Source of the DNA: Chrysomallon squamiferum
Lineage: Eukaryota > Animalia > Mollusca
Reading direction: 5' to 3'
Length of the DNA stretch: 64,000 nucleotides
NCBI GenBank assembly: GCA_012295275.1
Contig: CM022672.1
Coordinates: 35,154,001-35,218,000, forward strand
Translations under genes and position numbers: made by a program
In this document: positions 26,755-55,300 of the stretch, in pieces
Layout: the number at the start of each line of letters is the position of its first letter
How positions within the stretch are numbered: the first letter of the stretch is position 1
The notes under the pieces: generated by a model
Seen by the model: the letters and a program-made list of their open reading frames with translations, nothing else
Database searches by the model: none
Told to the model about the DNA's origin: nothing

Positions 26755-26836
26755 GTAAGTTTTCTTTCAGACATAACAGAGGACTAGGTCGAGTGTAGTG
26801 AAAACAGATCAGTTGACTCTTCTATAACGAGACAAA
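26755..26836. promoter_or_regulatory. 82-bp near-invariant non-coding block upstream of every paralog (also 45104-45185, 60129-60210, inverted at 14369-14450)
   Basis: One substitution across four copies while the flanks are visibly diverged; function inferred only. Confidence 0.5.
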
Positions 26837-27065
26837 AGTTTCAAGCTAAGAGTTCAGTGTTTAATGTGATTCACAACACGTAACAAGGACACGCATGACT
26901 GGGTACATGTATGAAACGTGCTAGCGGAGTGTCCCCATTGAAGAGTAATCTCTTCCTATTACAATGGAACTATTCATACGTACACTAGTCTATAACTATT
27001 TTTTTTTCAGCATATGCAATGCACATATATCTATTTTATGACCTCACGACCTCACAAACATCGTC

Positions 27066-27140
27066 AAAATGCCGCTGACGAGACTCGAACGTAAGGCACT
27101 CGAAGGTGGACGATGTTACCGCACGGCCGTCAAGTCAGTC
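27066..27140 (-). other. tRNA-derived element (pseudo-tRNA or SINE head)
   Basis: Minus strand has A-box-like GGCCGTGCGGT, B-box GTTCGAGTC and a TTTT end; GC-rich in an AT-rich context; no clean cloverleaf. Confidence 0.5.
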
Positions 27141-27147
27141 TTAAACG

Positions 27148-27185
27148 TATGTGTGTATGTGTGTGTGTGTGTGTTTGTGTATGTA

Positions 27186-27258
<73 letters not shown>

Positions 27259-27291
27259 GTATGCGTGTGTGTGGGTGTATGTATGTATGTA

Positions 27292-27330
<39 letters not shown>

Positions 27331-27424
27331 GTGTGTGTGTGTTTGTGTGTTTGCTTGTGTATGCATTTATCAATGTTAAGGTGGCCATTTCAAGATCTAC
27401 AAGAAAGACCCAGCCATTGTGTGT

Positions 27425-27456
<32 letters not shown>

Positions 27457-27548
27457 CTGTGTCTGATTGTGTGTCTGTGTGTGTGTGTCTGTGTCTGTGT
27501 CTGTGTGTGTGTCTGTGTCTGTGTGTGTGTGTCTGTGTGTGTGTGTGT
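27148..27548. repeat. Compound (GT)n/(GTAT)n/(GTGTCT)n microsatellite
   Basis: Direct reading; explains the spurious CV/HT ORFs. Confidence 0.95.
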
Positions 27549-28791
27549 TTCTCTGTCTGAGTACTATGCGAGTACGTTTTTAACTTCATAATAACCAAAA
27601 TATACTAATGGCACATTATAGTGCTGGACATATTAATTACTAAAGTCTTTAACCTGAACATTTTACACAAATCAGATATGTTTTAACATGAGCTGAAGTT
27701 TATAAATAACCGTAATAAATATACAACTGTAATGTAATTTAAAAAAAAATGGAAATTTGTATGTATGTTTGTAGTGAGTGTATATGTGCATGTGTGTGGC
27801 TGCGTGTGTAGATATGTATGTAAACGTGTATATTTGTGTGTATGTGCGTGTGTAATTATTCTGAAATAGGACTTGTTAAGTCTATAACATGACTATTATT
27901 TCAACTGTAAAGCTGGTAAAGACAGTTTTAGTATTGTTTGAAAATACCCTGAAAACATTAAATACCTTGTAAAACCTTCTGTAAAGATAAATGAAAAACA
28001 TAAATCTGTATATTTGTGAGCCACGTCGTACTTATTAAACATAAAAGAAAAGAAAACAGAAAAAGTGAAAAAACTAAAAGAAACTGTAACATTTTACATA
28101 AATCGCTATATAAATATATATGTAGTTGCAATGTAACATTTTTGTTTTCCTTTTTGCGAAAAAAAGAAGTGACCGTTCTTCGCCTAAGATTGATTTCTCT
28201 AGTTAAAGCAATACAGCTAATAACAAATCACTCTGAACTGCATTTACTTAGTTCATAATAATATAGCACTTACAAACTCATGTTTATCATAATAATTTAC
28301 ATCTTGTTGTTTTATTATTTTTTGATATCAATTCATGAGTTCTTCTAACTGGTCTGTGTCAGTTATGCGAGGCGCCATGAACATAAACAAAATAACACAT
28401 TATTAGTTTATTAAATCTTTCGTAAGTGGCTTGTGTCAGAATGTTCACTGCAGTCTTGATCCGGCTATTTGAATCATCATCCTGTCACTCATATAAACTA
28501 GATTCATCTCCACACTTATATCACTGTAACATTTACACTATTGTATACTGTGTTACCTTATTGTATGTGAATCATCATATTGTGTATCATATTAATAAAA
28601 TTAGCCTCCATTCGTTTATGATTGCAACGATTAAACTGTTGCATGCAGCGCAAACTACTCGGTGAAACTTATACACAAATCCACAAAATATGCTATACTA
28701 ATACTTGATTATGTTTATTTACAACGTAAAATATTACAAAACGTTTTCTTCTCAGGTGAGAAATATTCTGAATGAAAAAAGAAGTTCTGAC

Positions 28792-29006
28792 TTCTAACGA
28801 GACTGTTAGTAAATATTCACAATGAATACAAAAATAATTTACTGTTCTAACGAGACTGTGTTACTAAATATTCACAATGAATACATAAATAATTTACTGT
28901 TCTAAAGAGACTGTTACTAAATATTCACAATGAATACATAAATAATTTACTGTTCTAACGAGACTGTTAGTAAACATTCACAATGAATACAAAAATAATT
29001 TACTGT
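28792..29006. repeat. 53-55 bp tandem repeat (4 copies) downstream of gene 3
   Basis: TTCTAACGAGACTGTTACTAAATATTCACAATGAATACATAAATAATTTACTG at 28792, 28845, 28900 and 28953. Confidence 0.9.
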
Positions 29007-29236
29007 TTTTTTTTTTTAACTCGCTGCAGTTTCATAAACAGAAAGAGAAATATATGACGTCCTCGACACTTTGCCCAGTTTTATTTTACTCGTTCTGTTT
29101 TCATTTGAGCACATTTTTCAAAAGGAAATAAACACAGAAAAAAGTGCTGAAAAAAGCAGACGATCTTTCAGGTTTATATCTGGTTTCGTTTTTTTTTTTT
29201 TATATTTATTATTTATTTATTTATTATCTATTGTCG

Positions 29237-29280
29237 TTCTTCTTCTTCTTCTTCTTCTTCTTCTTCTTCTTCTTCTTCTT

Positions 29281-29311
<31 letters not shown>

Positions 29312-29349
29312 TTATTATTATTATTATTATTATTGTTATTATTATTATT
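29237..29349. repeat. (TTC)n(TTA)n microsatellite
   Basis: Direct reading. Confidence 0.95.
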
Positions 29350-29565
29350 AAACATAATTATATACTCCTTAAATAGCAAAGTAAGTATTTACTAAACTAA
29401 ATATTTAAAATATAATGTTATATTACATATTCAGTTATACTGTACACTTACTAAAATATATTATACTACAGAGAAATAATTAAATGGCACTAATTTAATC
29501 ACTCCATAGAAAGTTTCAAACAATTCCGAAAGTTCTAAAACCAGTTTTCTCTTTACTGACAAATA

Positions 29566-44547
<14,982 letters not shown>

Positions 44548-45477
44548 AGTGAAAATGTTTCGTAGACAAACACACCAGGAAGTAAAACTGCGAGTTGAGA
44601 CAAGACTCATTGTTATGACTCACAAGTAGAAAAGACAAAAACACCATGTAATATATTCTGGTACAAAGTTCATACAATTTGAAAACTGAGTGTTTCTGTT
44701 AAATTAAACACACTAAGGTTAAATTTGGATCTAGGAAAAGACGTTTTACTCGTTCTGTAATTAGGTCACAACTGACAGAAATCTTTTCACATACATTATC
44801 TTATCAGACTGGTGTCGCAATATCCCTGTATTGTCAACTGTGATGTTTGTAACTGTGCGTGTGAGTGCGTGTGTGTACACATCACAGAATACTGCTGAAT
44901 TCATCTAATAATAAAATAAAAAGCTGAACTGTTTGTTTGTTTTAGAGCGATTGACTCAAACTACGGCTATGTCGTCAGTGTTCATGCGATAAAACAGACA
45001 ATAATAATAAAAATTGAAGTATTTACTGTAATATAAAAATATTATTAATACACCAAGGTATATGAAAAGAAAGCCACTATGATACTTAATCTTGTACTTC
45101 GCCGTAAGTTTTCTTTCAGACATAACAGAGGACTAGGTCGAGTGTAGTGAAAACAGATCAGTTGACTCTTCTATAACGAGACAAACGTTTGAAGTTAAGA
45201 GGTCAGTGTTTAATGTCATTTACATCGTGTATCTAGGACACGCATGACTGGATACATGTATAAAACAAGCTATGGGAGTTTCCCCATTAATGAGTAATCT
45301 CTTCCTATTACAATGACAGTATGCTAGTCTGCTGTTACTTCTTTTTATTATCATATGCACTGCACACAGTGTGTGTATGTAGTTTTGTGTATGCGTGTGT
45401 GGGTGTGTCTATGTGTGTGTTTAGCACTGAACTAGACTCTGCACGTAGATAATATTCATCATCTCACAAATCTCGTC

Positions 45478-45551
45478 AAATGCCGATGTCGAGAATCGAA
45501 CGAAAGACACTCGAAGGTGGATGACGTTACCACGCGGCCGTCAAGTCAGCC
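45478..45551 (-). other. tRNA-derived element, paralog of 27066-27140
   Basis: Minus strand GGCCGCGTGGT ... GTTCGATTC. Confidence 0.5.
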
Positions 45552-45556
45552 TTGAA

Positions 45557-45731
45557 TGTGTGTGTGTAGTTTTGTGATTTGTGTGTGAGTATATATGTGT
45601 GTGTGTGTGTGTGTGTATATATGTGTTTGTGTGTGTGTAGTTTTGTGATTTGTGTGTGGGTATATATGTGTGTGTGTGTGTGTGTGTATATATGTGTTTG
45701 TGTGTGTGTAGTTTTGTGATTTGTGTGTGGG

Positions 45732-45770
<39 letters not shown>

Positions 45771-46006
45771 TTGTGTGTGTGTAGTTTTGTGATTTGTGTG
45801 TGGGTATATATGTGTGTGTGTGTATATGTGTGTGTGTAGTTTTGTGTGTGTTTATGTGTATGGGTGTGTTTGTGTGTGTGTGTATGTGTGTGTGTATATA
45901 TGTGTGTGTGTGTGTATCTGTTTGTGTATATATACGTGTGCGTGTGTGTGCGTGTGTATATATATGTGTGCGTGTGTATGTGTGTGTATATATATGTGTG
46001 TGTGTG
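45557..46006. repeat. Compound (GT)n-rich low-complexity tract with ~60-bp superstructure
   Basis: Direct reading; GTAGTTTTGTGATTTG recurs at roughly 60-bp spacing. Confidence 0.9.
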
Positions 46007-46274
46007 TAAAATGATAGTAAATATTTACTTAATAGTAACCAAACTATACAAATGTCAGATTATAGGACTTGACATATTAATTACTAAAGTCTGTAGCCTT
46101 AACATTGGACATAGATCAGATCTGTTTTAAAGTGAGTTGAAGTTTATAAATTACCGTAGTAAATATACAACAGTAATGTGAATTAAAATAAAAATGAAAG
46201 TTTTTATGTATGTATGCATGTGTATGTATGAGCATCTATCTGTGTGCGTACGTACTTGTATTATGTCTATGGGG

Positions 46275-46311
<37 letters not shown>

Positions 46312-47634
46312 AGTGTATACATTATGTGTGTGCCTGTTTATGTACATATATAAATACACAACACACACATATACATACTCGTCTACATGATACCTTTATG
46401 CACATATAAAAGAATTTCACTTGTTTGAAAATATATTTAATGAAAGATTGGTTCCGATCAAATAATTGTATATAGAATCATTGATTAAAGCTAAAGTAAA
46501 GATATAAACACACAAACCTGTCTTGTCTGGACTATCAATGTTATTTTACTTGGAATCGCCTATCACTAAATGTGTGTTATTTTATATACTTCATGTGTGA
46601 GTACTGTTTCAATTAATCAAAGACTTCATGGTAAATAATTCTGAAATAGGACTTGTTAAGATTATGAGATCACAAATTAGTATTTGCGATTCTGTATGAC
46701 AGCAAATATTATATATTTTTTATAAATAAAGGTCTTTAAATCTTAGTTTTGATACCGTTTGAAAATACCCTGAATACATTAAATATCTTGTAAATCTTCT
46801 GTAAATATTAAAAAAGAAAAATAGATCTGTTTATTTGTGAGCCACCTCACAGTTATTAAACATAAAAGAAAATAAGGCAGATATAGAGAAAAAAATAGAC
46901 AGCTGTAACATTTTACATAAATCACTTTATCAGGATATATGTAGTTGCGATAAAAGATTTTGTGTAGCTTTTAAGAAACAAAGAAATGAGAATTATTCGC
47001 CGAGGATTGATTTCTGTATTCAAAGCAATACAACCATTATAAATCACTCTGAACTGCTTTTACTCCGTTCATAATAACATAGCACTTACAAACTCATGTT
47101 TATCATAATAATCTACATCTTGTTGGTTTATTAATCTTTGACATAAATTCATGAGTTCTTCTAACTGGTCTGTGTCAGCTATGCGGCCGCGATGAACATA
47201 AACAAAGTAATAGTTTTAGTTTACTGTGTTTCGTTTGATTAAATCTTTACTAACTGGTTAGTGTCAATCTGTACAATTTACTCTTGATCAGACTATGTGA
47301 GTCATCATACTGACTCTCAGATGAATAAAATTAGTCTCTTTCTTGTATTATTGTAACGTTTACTCTATTTCATCAGCGTTACAATATTTATGTGAATCAT
47401 TATCTTGTGTCTCAAATAAATTAGATTAGTCTCTACTCTTATATTAAACTACTCAGTGAAACGTATTCACAATTCCACAAAATATGCTACACTAATACTT
47501 GGTTATGTTTATTTCCAACGTAAAATATTACAATACTTTCAGTTCTCAGCTGAACTCCAACTGTTTATAACAAAGATAATGAAGAACATCTGAGCAGTAA
47601 AGAACTGTTGTGATGATATTAATATATAAATAAC

Positions 47635-47876
47635 TTACTGTTCTAATGAGACTGTGTTACTAAATATTCACAATGAATATATAAATAATTTACTATTCTA
47701 ACGAGACTGTTACTAAATATTCACGACGAATACATAAATAATTTACTGTTCAAACGAGACTGAGTTACTAAATATTCACAATGAATACGTAAATAATTTA
47801 CTATTCTAACGAGACTGTTACTAAATATTCACAATGAATACATAAATAACTTACTGTTCTAACTAAATTCACAATG
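47635..47876. repeat. 53-55 bp tandem repeat (~4.5 copies) downstream of gene 4
   Basis: Same unit as 28792-29006; a single partial copy is also at ~48870-48910. Confidence 0.9.
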
Positions 47877-47949
47877 AGGCTCTCTGTTAAACTGGAATTG
47901 TCCAGGCATCTAGAAATCCATTTACATGTCTCTTATATATAAACATATA

Positions 47950-50900
47950 TTACTGTTTTATTTTTTCATATGGAGATCCCTGTTCAGCAACATCAATATC
48001 TAGTTTATCATAATCGTGTATTTCTTGAGTATTGAGTTGTTCTTGATGTGAAGTGTTTACATAACTTGTCTCCGCATCACCTGATGAAACTGTTTGAGTG
48101 TCACTGTGATTTGATGGTTTGATGATATTGACGTCTTCATCAAATGCTTCATATAATGATGACGGAGTAGTTGCTGTCCTTGTAAGAGTGTTGTCTTGTT
48201 TAGCAAATGATGCTGAATGTTCATTAGAAGACTGTCGTTTTCGTATAATCAGAGCCATTCTGAAAATGTATTCATTTTTACATTATCAGTTAGTAAGTGC
48301 AAATTTTATAGAATTAAAATATAATACATTCTTTGATCAGTTATAAAGATGTGCCTGCAATATTTCATTATACTATTATATTTATGATCAAAAAGAACAA
48401 ATACTGAACAGTTATTGTTCGAGTTCAAACTAAAATAAAATGTTATAGTCAGGTATATTATACACAATTAATGTGGTTGGAGAATCTGTCAGCATTTTTA
48501 CCTGATATTAAAAACAACGGCTACTACGAGAAGCAAAGTCAGTACAGCTGTGACGACTGACAAAGCCGTTGTAGTTGATGCTCCTGTAGATTTCACTTCT
48601 TGAGTGGAGTCTGGAAAAAATGATTCTTAAAATTAATAACCGTAAACGAAAAATCAGTAAATAAATAAATAAATAAAGATAGGAATTAAGATGAAATATT
48701 TTGTAAAAAAAAAAATATATTAAAGAAGAATATTTTAGAGTACATAAAAAGTTGGAGGTAAATATTTTAATTTAAAACGTTTTTTATAAAATTACTAAAA
48801 ACATTTCCGTCAATAGTTTTATCACGTACATTTCTATTTATTATTATTGCACAGATAATACATAAGTAATTCACTGTTGTAACGAGACTGTTACTAAATA
48901 TTTACAATGATTGCAGAAGTCAGTTACTGTTCTTCCATTCTATGTTTATCATATCTTCCATTCAATGTTGATTTAAAAAATAACACATTAAAGAAACTTT
49001 TAAACAACACATTGAAAGGTTGTTTCAGAATCTACAAAAAGGTCAAAAAGGTTTTCACACTAATTATTTGCAAAGACTACGGTGTTTTATCTTATGTTAT
49101 AATGCCATTGTAATATTTGTTAGTCTTGATTAAAATAAAATTAACAGAAGTAACAGGTCATTTTTGGCATCCATTATGAACACTCTCCAAACTGTCACAT
49201 GATGTACACTGTGAAAGACTGTGACGATTTTGAAAATATTTGATACAAGTATAAACCTAAGTTACAGATGGTGGACATGCTGGAGTAAGAAGAATTGTAC
49301 ATAAAGTAAACATTAAAATAAACAAAAACTTGTTGTTACAAATGTTTACAGTCTGGCATTAATAATTCGTACTTTAATATTTTGAAATTCATTTGTAATA
49401 AAATAACAAATCTAATATGTTACTGACAGACCATCCATTCCACTGATATACAGAACAAATAATTATACAACAAATTACAATACAATACAATACAGTTCCA
49501 GATACTATTCTCCTACAAATACTACAAGTCAGGAACAAATGTATGCATTCTCTGTTAAAATAAATCAATTTATATAAATAAAACTCTAAAATATGAAATT
49601 TTAGAATTTTTACAATCATTAAAAACAAGATGAAAACGACATGAACATTTTTTATTATTATTATTGTTTCGTCATTTACACTGGGACTATAAAAAGTAAA
49701 AAGTTCAAGGAAAAATGTGTAAAACTTTGTGGATATTTCCTTTATTTCGTGTTTTGTTTTTTAACCTTATCAATTATGTAATATTTGTTCAATCTTTGTC
49801 ACTCTGTTGAAATGATTTGGTTTGTTATATTAAAGATGTTTAGCCAATCAATCATACTGTGGTACTAACACGTCATATACTTCAGTCATGTCAGCTTTAA
49901 CTACTTATTTTATATTTATCTCTACAATCAGTTCCTGCCCAACCAGTCAGACAACCATCATTAAATTTTCCGTTTGTGTGATTACAGCTTTGATCTCCTG
50001 TACAGTGTCGATCTCGACACTTTAGTGAATAAGTTAATATTTAGAAAACAATAAGTTAATATTTAGAAATAATTATCAATTTAGGAATAAATACTACGTA
50101 CACCAGAATGAGCAAACAAACAAATACTAATTTTGAGTTTTCAGTTTTCACCTTGAGAACAGTCAGGTTCTAACCATCCTGGTTGACAACCTCCGATACA
50201 CTGACCAGTCTTTGTGTCACACGTTGATGTGTTCAGACAATGACGTTCAGAACACTGCTTCTTACAACCAGATCCATAGGTCACTTCTTTAACACATTCT
50301 GAAATATACAAAAGTAATTACATGTTATTTTTTCATTAAATTCAGAAGAACTTTTCTTTTCAGAAAATCCTGAATTACATTAACAAACTGGTGTCCAATT
50401 TATATATGTTTGACTAATATGTTTACTTAAAAATAATTCATCTTTTTTATCTCTAATAACGTTTTCGTTTCAAGTTATACAGTAACAAATGAAATATTAT
50501 TTCTGGTAAACGGTCAGAGAGGAAAAAACAATTAATTATTTCCAAAGTCGTAATTATTTTATTTAATGTAATAATGCTATTATTATATTTGTCAATCCAC
50601 ACTGAAATACATTTAGTAGAAGCAATAGATAATTAGGCCTGACTGAAATACATTTATTATTTTATAGATAATAAGATACCTTGACTGCAGTCTCTTTCTT
50701 TCCAGCCTTGCTGACATCCACTAACACCACAGTCTCCGTACTTTTTATCACAGGCTGCATACTGAGAAGCACAGTGACGATCTTTGCAACTTTTGTTACA
50801 ATTATAACCATAAGTTACAGACTGCGTACATGCTGAAACAGGAAGAATACTTATAATAAATGACAGACATATTTAGAATCTGACATGAATTTTTTGGTGT

Positions 50901-52258
50901 TTACATCACATCATAGATTTACAACTCATAGCAATAAAACAAATTGATTTTCCTAAGATTATGTAACGAATCCCTCCCGACTATGCCATACTAAACCTCA
51001 TCATAGATTTACAGCTGAAAACAATAACACATATTTATATACATATATACGTAAAAAGTAACGAACTCTCCCGACTATAACCGAATAAAACTATAACAAG
51101 ATATGCAGGTTTCTGTTGAAAATATCAAAACGGAGCAGATTCCAAGATTACTCACTGAAGAGTTAAATTTAAAAAAACTCATATATATGTATATGAAGAT
51201 TATAATTACATTAAAATATATTCTTCATACCAGATGGCATACCTTTCTTTTTCTTTAAGTGTTGTTAAATTTCCATTCGTTAATTATATCAATCACATAA
51301 TTTTATTCTTTCTAAATAAATACAAAATTAATAATGATATCACCTTGAATACAATCTGTTCCATTCCATCCTGCCTGACATCTGCTAGTACCACAGTCTC
51401 CAGTTTTTACATCACAGGACGGATTTGCTGCAGCACAATGGCGATATCTGCAACGTTTACTACAATTTGGTCCATAGTTGTCATCTTGTATATATGCTGT
51501 AACAAAAACAAATAAATAAATAAATAAAAAATAAAAACAATAGAAGCCTCGTTTCCGTTAAGCCACAAAGAAAACAAATATTTGTATTTTTTTCTTAGTA
51601 GAATACTGCTGCATTAAAATATTTTCAGGGCTAATCAGTAACTAATTCAGAAAAGCATGATCAACAAAAAAACTATTTGGTACACACCTTGAGTACAATC
51701 AGTTCCACTCCAACCAGCTTGACATCCTCCAGTACAAGACCCAGTCTGTGTGTCACAGGGAGAGGAAACAGCACAGTGTCGTTTATTACATGACTTGTCA
51801 CAGTTAGAACCATACAGACCAGTCTGACATACTGAAAAATATTTACACTCTCTTTAAAACAGTGACTTGTCACAGTTAGAAACATACACACCAGTCTGAC
51901 ATACTCCAAACTATTTACACTCTATTTAAAACAGTCACTTGTCACAGTTAGAACCATACAGACCAGTCTGACATACTGAAAAATATTTACACTCTCTTTA
52001 AAACAGTGATTCATGAAAGAGTAAAGAAGATATGTGAATAATATTTGTTAAATTATAAAACTGGTTGAACAATCAGAAAAAATGTCAGTTCAAATCAGAG
52101 TTACATAGACATTTTAAACCTGTTTTTGTTCTTGTTTTGTTAATATATTTTTCTTTTTACGATAATAATAATAATAATAAAAATATTAATAATATCAACA
52201 AATACAACAACAACCACAACAACCACATAATAATAATAATAATAACAACAATAATAAC

Positions 52259-52303
<45 letters not shown>

Positions 52304-55300
52304 AAAGTAAAGAAATGTATTAGGAAAGTGTTTAAAAGTCGAGGATTAGTATTAAGTATCTTTTTTCAACAATGTTTTGTTAAGGTATCTTCCAATTTGT
52401 TACACATCCCATTTATAGCAGCACACGTCATGGTGGAGTGAAATACTAATCATACATCTTCTACCTACCATGAAACAATTTTCTCTTCTTCCTGTGGTTA
52501 CATAGTCAGCTCAGTGAATAACTAACACTTTGGAAACATGAACAGAAATATGTGTTCACATCCATTTACTATGAATTCAGTCACACAACACAATAATAAA
52601 ATGAATTATCACATCACATTTGGCATATACACTTTTTATATGTTTTACATTTTCTACTGAGCTTCTGCAATTGCAATAAGCGATATCGGAGTATTTATTA
52701 TTAATGACAAATATCATTAATATTGTATTGAATTACCGTAGACTTCCACTTCTACAAAGTCCAGTGCTGTCGATTGTCCATTATCTGTTCCTTGATAAAC
52801 AGTCACATATCTAGCGTTGACGTTACAAGTGATGTTCACAATTTCAGGAATATCAGTTCCATCTTTTCTACCAGTAACAGTACCACACAGATGTCCTGTG
52901 TTAGACTGTCTCGCTGCTGTGTTAGCATAAACCTGTACACCATTTCTTCTCCATTTATCTAAATTAGATACAATTCAGTGTTACAAGTACTTAGAAGTTT
53001 GAATCAGTATGAGAACTAGGACTACAGTCACACCAAGCAATGAAATACAATTCATTCATACTTTTACTAATAAATTAAAATAAGAAAAAGAAAGTAATGC
53101 AATAAGAAAAACCAAACTTAAAACAAAAATCCCTCTCAAGAAAAGCAAGTAAAAAAACGAAAAACAAATACCCCAAAATAATTAAAATAAATAAATAAAT
53201 AAACTAAATAAAATAAAATAATTAAATAAAAATGAAAAAAAAATAAGATACTAAATGTAAAATAAAAATACAATAACAATAATAAAAAAAGCATTCATTT
53301 TACATATATTGTATTTGTTATTCACCAGTTTCACCAGGAGAAAATTTTTACCAGTGACATACTAGAAATAAGAAAGTTTTACAAATCAGTCTACTGTTCT
53401 TTTCCGATTTCAACTTCATAAATTCTAAATTATCCAAGGATTGGCTTATTTGAGAAGGCGCAGCAAATAGCAAAAACAAACTGCAAAATTTTATCTAAAT
53501 AAATAAAAAATGTTACTGTCTAAGATACTTGAGATATAGTAAGTAAATAAGTTAGTAAAATAAATAAATAAATGCGTGTATAGAAATTATAATTTCATGA
53601 ACAAAGTTTCAGAATAATATTAATGAATAAAGTTAATGTTTACAAACTGAGTCGTCAAAACTTGTTTAAACAGAGGTCACATTAAGAAGTGTTCAGACAT
53701 GCCTGGACTCTGCTCATCGCAGTACTGTGATCTTGTTAAAATGTGGTTACTACAACTGATTTACTCTGTCTACAGTCAAACTGTGGAAACATAAACTTAA
53801 CCAACTATTTTCGGCTAAAATATGGATTAGTGCATTTTGAAACAACAACAACACGAAAACAAACAAAAAACCGAACATTGACAGCAATAAATCAATAATC
53901 TGATAAAGACAAACTTTAGCTAATTTAATAATATGTAACACGCCGAAATAAAAAAAATAAAATGTATGAAACATCGATGTCCATCTCTCACACAAACGTC
54001 ATAATTACTACTTCATCTTTTATATTCATAATTAAATTTTCATACTTACTGTCATTTCTGAAATATATTTTAACTTCATGAATAAAGTAAGTTTTTTCTA
54101 AATCTACTTCCCACCACGTGTAAGACTGGTTTGTAGCTGTGTGTATAACTCTACTTCCCACCACGTGTAAGACTGGTTTGTAGCTGTGTGTATAACTCTA
54201 CTTCCCACCACGTGTAAGACTGGTTTGTATCTGTGTGTATAACTCTACTTCCCACCACGTGTAAGACTGGTTTGTAGCTGTGTGTATAACTCTACTTCCC
54301 ACCACGTGTAAGGCTGGTTTGTATCTGTGTGTATAACTCTACTTCCCACCACGTGTAAGACTGGTTTGTAGCTGTGTGTATAACTCTACTTCCCACCACG
54401 TGTAAGACTGGTTTGTATCTGTGTGTATAACTCTACTTCCCACCACGTGTAAGACTGGTTTGTAGCTGTGTGTATAACTCTACTTCCCACCACGTGTAAG
54501 GCTGGTTTGTATCTGTGTGTATAACTCTACTTCCCACCACGTGTAAGACTGGTTTGTGTCTGTGTGTATAACTCTACTTCCCACCACGTGTAAGACTGGT
54601 TTGTGTCTGTGTGTATAACTCTACTTCCCACCAAGTGTAAGACTGGTTTGTATCTGTGTGTATAACTCTACTTCCCACCACGTGTAAGACTGGTTTGTAG
54701 CTGTGTGTATAACTCTACTTCCCACCACGTGTAAGACTGGTTTGTGTCTGTGTGTATAACTCTACTTCCCACCACGTGTAAGACTGGTTTGTATCTGTGT
54801 GTATAACTCTACTTCCCACCACGTGTAAGACTGGTTTGTGTCTGTGTGTATAACTCTACTTCCCACCACGTGTAAGACTGGTTTGTGTCTGTGTGTATAA
54901 CTCTACTTCCCACCAAGTGTAAGACTGGTTTGTATCTGTGTGTATAACTCTACTTCCCACCACGTGTAAGACTGGTTTGTAGCTGTGTGTATAACTCTAC
55001 TTCCCACCACGTGTAAGACTGGTTTGTGTCTGTGTGTATAACTCTACTTCCCACCACGTGTAAGACTGGTTTGTATCTGTGTGTATAACTCTACTTCCCA
55101 CCACGTGTAAGACTGGTTTGTGTATGTGTGTATAACTCTACTTCCCACCACGTGTAAGTCTGGTTTGTGTATGTGTGTATAACTCTACTTCCCACCACGT
55201 GTAAGTCTGGTTTGTATCTGTGTGTATAACTCTACTTCCCACCACGTGTAAGACTGGTTTGTATCTGTGTGTATAACTCTACTTCCCACCACGTGTAAGG

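Noticed and set aside
26755-26836. Hammerhead ribozyme or SECIS in the conserved block
   Set aside because: The reverse strand has CTGATCTG rather than CTGANGA, there is no proper three-stem core and no SECIS quartet; kept only as an unexplained conserved element.
27069-27598. Long CV-/HT-rich ORFs (also 45794-46130, 44015-44305, 15902-16180, 29071-29395, 38591-38854)
   Set aside because: Translations of microsatellites.
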